Source: Sphacelaria rigidula (lineage: Eukaryota). Taken from it: a stretch of DNA of 33,695 nt. Below the pieces are notes generated by a model. It worked only from the letters and a program-made list of their open reading frames with translations, made no database searches and was not told where the DNA came from. The first letter of the stretch is position 1; each line of letters starts with the position of its first letter. The position numbers were made by a program, and so were the translations under genes. The stretch covers positions 1-33,695 of the forward strand of contig CAXNAA020000031.1 of the NCBI GenBank assembly GCA_964200075.2, in the 5' to 3' direction. Positions 24,422 to 33,695 of the stretch are shown one piece after another.

Positions 24422-25272
24422 ATTGGTTGGTGTCTTATGCTATTCCAGATTCGGCTACAGGTTTGTATGACAGAAAACACTCTCGTTTTTCTCGGAATAC
24501 TTGAAAAAACCCCAGCACTAACTCTCAAGAAAACAGCAGAAACTGCTCAAAAGATTACCCCATTATCTTAACTACAGGGTGTTACACCCAGATCCAGACA
24601 ACTATGCAGTGGTGTATGAACTGCAGAGTACTACCCTCAACACCAGACAAGGCAGTTATGCCGTGTTTTCGGGTCGCTCGTGACGGACTGTATTCAAATG
24701 CATAATCTTGTCACCGAAATCTGCACGTTGAGAAACGCGGCGGAGTACTACGCTACACAGAAAACAACACAGACGTTCTGCAGCATCATGAGAAATCATG
24801 CGCCGTTCTAATCGCGTTCCGCACGAGAAGAAGAAGCAACAGCAGCAGTATCAGCAGCATCTTTACTGCCAGTAGATGTACGCGGCTGGGGGTGGATCTA
24901 ACTCAGCCGGTGCCGATTCGTGTGTGTGTCAGCGCTGTCCAGCACGGTGGCTATCACGCGTAAGTCACTGAAGTTACGTTGGTGTGTAGCGGCCACAACA
25001 GCTGCTGTCCGTGTTCTTGTCTTATCTTCGCAATGACGGTAAGCGTGAGGTGGCAGCTCGGAGCGTGTGCTTCCCGACTAGTACAGACAGAGGGAGGACA
25101 GTCGCTAATGCAACAAGATTGTCCATCTACTGATGTGGAGCGAGCTTTTGGAGGAACAAATCACCTCAACACCGATCACTCCCAGACTCGAATAAATGCG
25201 AAAAAAGTATATCCACCTATGGGGACCCACATTTGTCTAATCAGCTGCCCGTCACGGATGTTTTCAAACAAG

Positions 25273-25370
25273 GTGAAGCCTTCACGCGTAGTGCAGGCAG
25301 TACACAGCAGTACCACACACACAGTAAAGAAAGTGAAGCCTTCACGTGTAGTACTGTAGTGCAGGCAGTA
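25273..25370 (+). repeat. Short local duplication containing the dyad GTGAAG-C-CTTCAC
   Basis: gtgaagccttcacgcgtagtgcaggcagta is followed about 60 bp later by gtgaagccttcacgtgtagt...gtagtgcaggcagta. Confidence 0.7.
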
Positions 25371-26649
25371 GTCAGTAGCCATACCCTCTGCATCTGCATC
25401 CACCGCCATTGACGTGCATCTCAATGTGACTTCGAATCCTACAGTGAAGACGGTACAGTACCGTACTGTATTGGCAAAGCACAGCTACCTACTGTGATCG
25501 CGAGTACATCCCGTGCTTGTAACCTGGCAGAGTACAGCCTGTACTCGAAAATGGAGTAGTTCGAGATAACACGGCCTACAGCTGTGTCGTGTTTGCGAAG
25601 CATAGCCTATACTTGTGATGTCGTTCTGTTCGCAAAATCCACGGCCTGTATTGCGAATACTTTTGCCTGCTGCAACACCCTGGCACTTCATTGTACTACC
25701 GTTTTACCGTAAAGTCTACATCGTACAGTATATTTTGTGCCCATCATCTCGAGAAAAAAAATATTATCCACGGCACCACCGGATGATGAAAGATCAAAGT
25801 GGGTGTCTTCCGTCGTGCTCAACAGTAGGGATGTTTGCGCGGATGAAACTCGAGGTCGTGAAGTTCAGAGCAAGATGCAACTGTCACCCTACTTCGATTA
25901 AACCACTAGCTTTTAAAGACCTCATCGACTATGGCGATGTGGAAACCAAATATGTGTGTTGGGCCAGGTTGGGCTCGGTCTTTCCTATTGGCCAACAATC
26001 TCAAGTCCTCTCGATCTTTACCGGTACGGTGTTTTGGGAAGCAAATTTTCCCCCAAAGTCCGTAGCAAAAAGACGGTTTTGATCTTTCCTCGGTTTGGTC
26101 TATCAGATATTCATGCTATTGGTCGACAGACCCGAAGGGTTCTCCGTCCTCCCGGCACACACCACATCAGCTCTATCATCGCGCGTAGGGCGTACACCAC
26201 ACCGTACGCCGGAGACGCTTGGTGTGATATTGGTGTCCACATGAAGTCAGCACAGCAGCATATGCACGAAGAAAGAGTGTTGAGCATAACTTGACACAAA
26301 CAGCGAGTAGCACGACCAACATGAGACAAACGTGACGTGTATCCGGGTTGCATGGAAGTTCAGAGAAGAAGGAAGGAAACATGCGATGCAGCAGGACACG
26401 TTTTTCGGTTCACCTCCAACAGATAAGGCTGAGTCGATGTGAATTGAAAGGTCTTCGTGCAAACCCCGATCATGGCCGGGTGTTTGAAAATCGGCCCTCG
26501 GCAAAAGTTGAGGACCCACTTGAAATGAGGGGAAAACCTATCACATTGGACACGTGCTGTTTCACCGTGCTGCAGCACATACTCACGCTCTCTCTCATGT
26601 TCTGTAGCTGTCACTTGTGCTGTGGTGTGTTCAGAGCTTTGGGAAGATG

Positions 26650-26706
26650 AACTAGGGGACAGCAGATTGGGTGCTCCCCCCCCTTCCTAAAAAGCTCGAA
26701 TCTTCG
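26650..26706 (+). repeat. Family B terminal-repeat fragment
   Basis: aactaggggacagcagattgggtgctccccccc...ctcgaat matches 27051 (direct) and 30745-30798 (inverted). Confidence 0.75.
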
Positions 26707-28612
26707 TTCTCGGGGCCTCACACGCGGGCATTCGGCTACCCCCATAGAAATCCTCTGTCGCAATTTTCATCCTCTCGACAGTGGAATACCCTCTAGAGGG
26801 TATTTCATCCCCAGTTTCGTTCATAAACGAATCCTCTGGAGGGCATCTGATGCCCCAGTGACTTCTGAGGTCTGAATTCCTCGAGAGTGACAAAAAGATG
26901 GTGCTCTGGAGGGTCGCGCATCCTCCAAATTCCCCCAGAGGGTGCGCGGCCCTCCAGAGGCAAAACAAGCCTCTGGAGGCGTTCGACCCCACCCCTGCCA
27001 AGGATCTCTGTACACGGCACGTGGCCACATCCGCCAACACCTCGGTGTTCAACTAGGGGACAGAAGACTGGGTGTCCCCCCCCCTCCATCAGAAACTCGA
27101 ATTTTCGATCTCGGGCCTACGTGTCCCGAAATATATTTTTGACAGACCCTTGGGAAAACTGTCAGTCTTTTTTCCAACTTGAATGTTTGGTATTGAAAAT
27201 GAAAACTCGAGCAAAGACAAAACTGTGACCAACGGAAAACTCGAAGGTGCTCTGGAACCGTCTCAACGAGCAGAGCAACTCATTTCAAAGTGTCAAATAT
27301 CCGCCCGATCCTCTTTGCGGGCCAAAAACGACGGAGACGGGCCAAGAAGGCACTTTTCAATAACAAGCTTTTTCTTTTTCCATATGAAAAGTGACCTGAC
27401 TGTATGCCACCGGGTACTGCAAGATAAATGCATTCGGGGGCGCTTCACCCACTCCAATTCGCACCACGGCAAGGGCACCAAACGCCAATTTTCGGGGCCT
27501 GGTGAAGTTCGCCTTGACTCAAATCCACGGAGCCCCTTGTAGGTATACCAAATCCCAGTAATGAGACTGGCAGACGTGGTCAGACCTCTCGAACAGAACT
27601 TGGTCCACGTATCAAGACATTGTTAATGGACTCGGAGCGGGCATGTGAAGTGTTGTGTAGACTTTGTTATAAGTCGACCTCGAGTGAGAAATGTCAAGCA
27701 GGTATTATGGTGATGATGAGACGAAGCGAGATCGCGCTGCACATTACCTGATTACATACCTAAAATATAGTGGAAGCGGAGGGAGATGTTAGTCGTGAGT
27801 GTACAGTGGAGTGCTCCTGGGCCTAGTGTAGCTGCTTAACGGGGTCTTGATATTGCGTTTAATGTGCTTTGCAGCCACTGTCATGTAAAATATTTTTCTA
27901 ATTCAAGGGTCGGAAGGAAGTAGAGCAGTCTCTGTGTGAGGGGATGGTGGTACGGTAGCTGTTTGTATCATACACGTCCTGTATTCATGCACTGCCTCCA
28001 AGAGAGGGCCCCATACATTGGAATGAAGACATTGTGCGAGCTGGACCAGCATAAGAACAGATCGTTCTAAGTGGATACTGTATAGTAGCTCATGAAAAGT
28101 AATGCACTGATATTTGGTATGTATGGAGGACCGCGGGAGAAGAGTAAAAAGGCTCGAGCGTGCGAGTGTATGTTGTCATCACTTCTATTGTGGACATCGG
28201 TCTACGCCTCACGGTATATGTGGGCGCCATAAGCCGGGGGTCATACAGGACGGAGGTCAACACGGGAATCTTTGTATCTTCATTCATCTTGTTTTTGGTA
28301 CTCCATCTTCCTCCTACGGTGCCCGCCGTTAATTCATCATCTATTTTTGAGCTCCATGCTCGAACCCTTCTACTATACTCCGGTGGTCCTCCTCACCGAA
28401 TTTTAAAGCTTAGCTCTCAGAACTGAGCAGTGGCTTTATCCAGATTCCGTGCCTCTCCTCGAATATCTTGAACAATTAAAGAATATTTTTTATCCTCGAT
28501 CTCTCATTAGATATCGAATAACGTAAAAAGGTGAGAACACCGATCGTTTTCCCGTGCCTCAGCAGTGTTCACACGAAAAATCACCGTCATCCAAGCATCA
28601 TCCAAGAGCATC

Positions 28613-29296
28613 GATCCGTTTTTGAGGTTCAACATTTGGGTGAGTCTCAACCCGAAAACAGTGCTTTCCCTGACCTCAAGTCATGACCAATGAATTTCAT
28701 ATTGACGACCTCATGCCCCCCGACCTCCTTGAAACTAGTTTTGGGGGTTGCTCGTATTTCGTGCCCCCAAAGCGTACGTGCGAAAGTACTTTTTTGCCTC
28801 GATATCGTTCTTAGCCCGAAATAGGTGCTTCCGTATATAACAATGCTTTGAGAGTAGAGGATATGACCGAGAGTGAAAAGCGGGTCAATTGGTGAATTAA
28901 TCGTTTCAGTTCCGAAATTCCCCCTCACGAGGCCCGATATTTTCTCTGTAGTAGCTTGCCACAGAGGCCCTTGATATCCCTGAGTAGGATATCGACGTGT
29001 AGCTATAAGCACACATCCGTGATGGAGGCAAAGAAGAGCACACACGAAATGACAAATTGGCTGATTTAGAGCGAATGATCGAAGCCACTCTCACTCAGCC
29101 CTCTACTGTCAATCTCACGGAGACGTTGTTAGATACGCTTTGGGGGTACGGAAGACGGGCTACCCCAGAAATACTCTCAAGGAGGTCGGGGGCCATGAGG
29201 TCGTCGATATGAAATTCATTGGTCATGACTTTACGTCAGGGACAGCATTGTATTCGAGTTGAGACTCACCCAAATGTTGAAACTCTAAAACGGATC
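28613..29296. mobile_element. Foldback structure with ~164-bp inverted arms (28613-28776 and 29134-29296)
   Basis: Arms share tcaacatttgggtgagtctcaac, aagtcatgaccaatgaatttcatat and cccccgacctccttga. The upstream 28380-28640 resembles family A. Confidence 0.85.
28840..29129. mobile_element. Family C MITE, copy 1, flanked by TA...TA
   Basis: Ends read TA|acaatg...cgttgt|TA, with imperfect TIRs. The body is a direct repeat of 30831-31111 (shared gtgaattaatcgtttcagttccgaaat). Confidence 0.75.
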
Positions 29297-29924
29297 CAGG
29301 CTGTCATCTGCTGATTACATCTTGAATGTGTTTCGTGTACAGTTGAGTATCAAGATATCTCAGCAGGTAACGGGATTTACTCGACATGACAAATAACCAA
29401 CGAGATAAACTGGGCTGTTGAGTAATACGCACCCGCCCCTTGAATTTACGCTCAACTAGATATGAGTATCACGGTCCAATTCTTCTTCATCATGGAGGAT
29501 ATAATAACTGTCAGTTTGATCAGTCTTGAGGCTGGCTCAGATCGTAGTCTTGAACGTTGAAATTTGGCTGCCCGGGGGAAGTCGTCTCCAGGGACTGTGG
29601 TGCTACCAACATCCCCGAGTGTATTGGTCAACCAAACCCATTACTTCCCATCAGAATGACCTCAAACTAAAGGAATACATTTTACTTGGGTCTGGTGTAC
29701 CTGCACTGCATACAAGTGCAATCCGGCTGCTTGAGCTCAGATGGCTCTTCACCTCGGACCAAAGGTCTGTCAAAAATATATTTCGGGACACGTAGGCACC
29801 GAAATCGAAAATTCGAGTTTTTGAGGGGGGGGGAGGGGGGGGGGACACCCAGCCGTGTGTCCCCTGTTTTTTTGCCGAGGCATTGGCGGATGTGGTCAGC
29901 TGCCGTAGACAGTAGAGATCCTTA

Positions 29925-30197
29925 TACATTATATATAATATATTATATGTAATATATTATATGTAATATATTATATATCATATAACATATGATATATATT
30001 ACATATCATGGGTTATGTACCATATAATATAGGTCAACATTATAGGTCTAGATTACAAATGTGCTTCTTTAACTTAATATATACTGTATTGTATGCATTA
30101 TATAATTATATATGAATATATATAGATGCTGAATAATATATAACATATGATCCTTATATTATATATTATATATTATAAAAATATAAAAATATACATG
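29925..30197. repeat. TA-rich low-complexity tract with 14-bp tandem units (aatatattatatgt)
   Basis: Almost entirely A/T, with 2-3 tandem copies of the unit starting near 29938. Confidence 0.9.
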
Positions 30198-30202
30198 TAA
30201 AG

Positions 30203-30623
30203 GAGCAGAAGCAAACATATACCCCGCAAAGCCCACCAAACTCCTCGCATTTGTTCAATGCTCGTTGATCAATTTCTTGCAACGAAGTTAACAGAAAATA
30301 TTGGAAAAAAACTGGATATTTTTAATTGTCGGAAAATTGCCCTCCGGCATCTAAGGTCATCGGGACAAAACGGGCAAGAAGCAGAAGCAGGTACACAAAC
30401 CCCACAAAGCCTACCAGACTTTTCCGTTTTAATCAGCGTTTACTGATCAATTTATTGTGACAAAATTAACAGACGTTTTCAAAACAGTGTTTACTGATCA
30501 ATTCCTTGCGAGAAAGTCCACAAGAAAAACTCGAAAAATCATGACAATTTTCGAAAAAATGCCCTCCGGGAGGGGGGGGGGGGTGGTCTACGTGTCCGAA
30601 AATTTCCGCACGATAGACCCTTG
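30203..30623 (+). repeat. Family E degenerate tandem units (~177-bp period), with a further copy at 31269-31435
   Basis: agcagaagca...ccc.caaagcc.acca.act occurs at 30203 and 30380. gcatc.aaggtcatcggga...cgggcaagaagcaga and ctccgggaggg..cgtgtccgaaaat recur at 31269-31435. Confidence 0.7.
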
Positions 30624-30699
30624 CTCGGACCCCAAAATTTACACTCATGGAATCCAACTTTATTCGGCGTGTAGTAGCTGTCAAAAGCTGCCAGTTGAC

Positions 30700-31137
30700 C
30701 AGGGTCTGACAAAAAAATATTTTCGGACACGTACGCCGCAAGATCGAAAATTCGAGTCTTTGAGAGGGGGGGGAACCCAGCCTGCTGTCCCCTAGTTTAT
30801 TGCGGAGATATTGGCGGGTGCCGTCAGCTACCAATATACTGTTCTCGTGAAATTGAGATTGGAGGATACGATTGAGAGTGAGGCGCGCTCAATTAGTGAA
30901 TTAATCGTTTCAGTTCCGAAATGCCCCTCCACGAGGTCAAATATGCTTTCAGTGATGACTGGCTACTGCGGCCCTTGATACCTCTGAGTAGAATCTTGAC
31001 CTGTAGCTGTAAGCACACGCAAGTAATCGAGGCAAAGAAAAGGTCACACGGAGAACAAAAAAGTGGCTAAGTTGAAGCGAATGAGCAAAGACCCTCTCAC
31101 GAAAACGTTGTTACCCGTCTACAGGGATCCTTGGCAG
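30700..31137 (-). repeat. Family B terminal repeat interrupted by a family C MITE
   Basis: 30700-30830 matches the B repeat. The match resumes at 31115-31137 (ccgtctacagggatccttggcag, 21/23 to the reverse complement of 26995-27017). Confidence 0.8.
30831..31111. mobile_element. Family C MITE, copy 2, with a TA target-site duplication
   Basis: TA at 30829-30830 and 31112-31113. Removing the element and one TA restores a continuous B repeat. Confidence 0.8.
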
Positions 31138-31734
31138 CAAGACCGATGAGATGGCGGACACGCCCCCCCCCCAAGTTCATCATCACTTACTAGAGCTATG
31201 ATTACGTTTATGGGATCATGTTCCGTGTCGTGGGCCTCGAGTACTCAACAGTAGTCAGGGCATGTTTGGCATCCAAGGTCATCGGGAGAGTAGTGCGGGC
31301 AAGAAGCAGAGGCAAATAAATTCCCTCCGTTTTAGAAACAACGAAAAAATCATAACATTTCTCGAAAAATTGTACTCCGGGAGGGCGGGGGGGGAATGCT
31401 CCGTGTCCGAAAATCTGCTCTCGTCAGACCCTGGCAGTTGAAGGAATGCAACCATCATTTCATTATTTCCAAGAATTGGGATGGCTACGTGGATTCTTTA
31501 ATTCCCCGGGTTATCATTCTCGATTAACGGTTGAAATCTCCGTCCCGAATTTTGATGATCGGCTGTTAGTGGAAACCTGACGACGCTGAAGTCCAACATC
31601 ACACACGAATCACTGGGGCATAAGTATTTACCATTATATTCCCGAGCTGATGGCGGTTACTGCAATTTGAATCATGCACGGTCAGGACAAATCAAGATTT
31701 ATACGAGTCGACTCGCCATGACGCGCAAGCAGTC

Positions 31735-32170
31735 ATGCTGTATAAACCGCANNNNNNNNNNGTCATCTTGCGTGTATTTCAGCCGTGAGAAATTTACGCG
31801 TGGTTCAGGGCCCATCAGAAGTTAAGAGTCAACCTGTATATAACTTGTCAGTCCCGCATTATTAGCCCGAAGGTGGGAAAAATGTGCAGGCACTCATCCC
31901 CAACAAGTTGGCCTAGCAAGTTGTACATGACGTTCCCGACTCATGATAATAAGAAATGCGTGACATGTACAACCGATGCATCCAAATTTTCAGCGCAGAG
32001 TTGACTCATGTGCCCATTATTTACCCCGGAAGTCAGGGAAGGTATGAAGCGAGAACCTTCGGGGTATACTGAGCCACGTACAAGCTAAGAAGCTGTATGA
32101 ATTACAAATGATGTACGACTAGTATGATCTATTCATTGAAATGATGGCTCTGAGTTGACTAAGAGCCATC
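31735..32170 (+). repeat. Dispersed repeat family D, copy 2 (spans the assembly gap)
   Basis: Inverted similarity to 23600-23930. The sequence tgtataaaccgca just before the gap is also present in copy 1. Confidence 0.7.
31752..31761. other. Assembly gap (10 N)
   Basis: Run of N characters. Confidence 0.99.
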
Positions 32171-32412
32171 ATGTCACATCGCCAAAAATTCTGAAAGCAT
32201 CGTGTGGGCAGTCGATACCGTTACCGTTCACGGTACGGGAGGGTATCACAGCAATGTTCTGTGTTATACTGCGGTGCTCTGCATTGGGCTTGTTCTGTTG
32301 TGGTAAGTGTAGTGAGCCCGTGAGGGTAGTGTAGTGCAGCGTACAGTGTTGTATTGTGGGAGCACACAGTACGCTGCCGTGGTGGTTTGTGCGGAACTGT
32401 GCCGTGATGTGC

Positions 32413-32474
32413 TGTAGTGTGTATTGTAGTCTAGTCTAGTGTAGCGTAGCGTGGCCTAGCCCAGCGTAGTGTAT
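32413..32474. repeat. Degenerate pentamer microsatellite (GTAGT/CTAGT/GTAGC)
   Basis: tgtagtctagtctagtgtagcgtagcgtggcctagcccagcgtagtgta. Confidence 0.7.
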
Positions 32475-33695
32475 CCGTGTTGCTGTGCTATGTTTTGTTG
32501 GATCCGGACAAGGAAGCCCCGAGTGGGTTCTGTCAAGGTCCGTTTTTACACAGCAATTGCCAACTGCGGTGAACCACCGTACACCACTGCGCAACTTTGT
32601 TCACGATGTGCAATCTACAATAGATCGCTCTGCTTCGCATCACACTTCCAATTTTCCTATTCTTTCTCACATTGAAATGGAATGGAAAGGGGGCAGAAGA
32701 GACAGACGCCCTCAATGAAGAAAAGCAAGAACGCTATACAAGCAGAAGAAGGGGCGGAAAGAAAGTAAGGGCCAAAGATTGACGATGACAACTCTTTCGC
32801 GGATCGCACCACGCAAATTCCAGACATGATCGTTCTAGTCCGAGTGACGTCCTTCCACGTGCGCAAGGGTGCGCCGGAAGGCGGAGCTGAGACCGGAGTC
32901 GTCGCTCGGCAAGTTTCCGCTAGGTTCTCTCGATCTATCCCTCGCCACTACTTGTAGATCCGTCTCGACGTACACGTACAACACGTGCCTCCCGGAATGC
33001 CAGTGGGCATCGAACGAGGCAAACGCGCTAGTGCCACCCCCAGTAGTGCAATCGTACTTGAGCCATTTCCACTGCAAACGGAACTACGTGGCGTAGTGGG
33101 CGCCCACCCAGATGAGTTACACAATCGAGATCAAGGATTACTCTACGCCTAAAGAGAGAGTCTCGGACGCGTCGCGGGGAACGCCAACGACTGCGTCGAC
33201 GGCATGTGCGTATAGTACTGCGCGTGTACATATCGTGGTCTATACGCATTATGATGCTTCGTCACTATTGGGGGTGGTGGGTGAATCCAAAAATGTGTTC
33301 GGTTTTAGACTGGCGAGTCTGGTCAAACGTAGTATGGAACTGGTTCTATGGTACAGGCTGTTCCTTGACACATGATCCATAAACAGGGACAGCTGGACAC
33401 GACTGGTGAAGTCGATCAAAGGACACGGCTGAGCCGATCATGTTGATGTAGAAGAGTAGTATTACATAGCTTGACTAAGCTAGTCAAGGAAGGAAAAGAA
33501 AGAAGAGAAGGAAGTGATTGAGTGTGGCTACCCCAACACTATGACAAGTAGAACTTCCCAACCAAACATTCCGTACGTGAGTACAAGATATACGCCTACT
33601 ATGGTATCAAATCCCACCGCATGTAACTGACACTGTCGAGTAAAGACAGATACCTTCGTACCGTGGTTTGTCAGTACTGCAGACTACACTGAAAA

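Larger units (their letters stand above)
27000..29923. mobile_element. About 2.9-kb non-autonomous element bounded by ~150-bp family B inverted repeats
   Basis: 27000-27152 is inverted relative to 29758-29923 (shared ccacatccgccaa..cctcgg, ggggaca, aaactcgaattttcgat, gcctacgtgtcccgaaatatatttttgacagacc). No transposase ORF lies inside. The two arms could also be independent copies. Confidence 0.6.

Noticed and set aside
25273..25370. CRISPR-like palindromic direct repeats
   Set aside because: Only two copies, eukaryotic context and no cas genes.

Overview
This is eukaryotic DNA, not prokaryotic: it has spliceosomal GT-AG introns, dense non-autonomous repeats and a 10-N assembly gap. The style suggests a stramenopile such as a brown alga, but that is inference only. 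One intact gene can be reconstructed: a 7-exon, minus-strand cyclin T/K-family transcription cyclin, join(14921-14815, 14126-13970, 6377-6240, 5899-5770, 5168-5105, 4740-4589, 4092-2606), 2235 nt, 744 aa. All junctions are GT-AG and phase-consistent. Its long Pro-rich tail carries STP[KR] and PPPGP repeats and ends in a tandem EDGEV-EDGEI motif of the ARS2/SERRATE-binding type, which is the most interesting functional lead here. Intron 2 (7.6 kb) holds several MITE or foldback repeats. The stretch from about 15.7 to 24.4 kb looks like two convergent, decayed coding regions, one with a weak Ulp1/C48 peptidase-like motif order, possibly the relic of a large DNA transposon. The stretch from 26.6 to 32.2 kb is a nest of TIR elements whose insertion order can be partly reconstructed, including TA target-site duplications. 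I recognised no rRNA, tRNA, CRISPR array or intact transposase. All alignments were done by eye.
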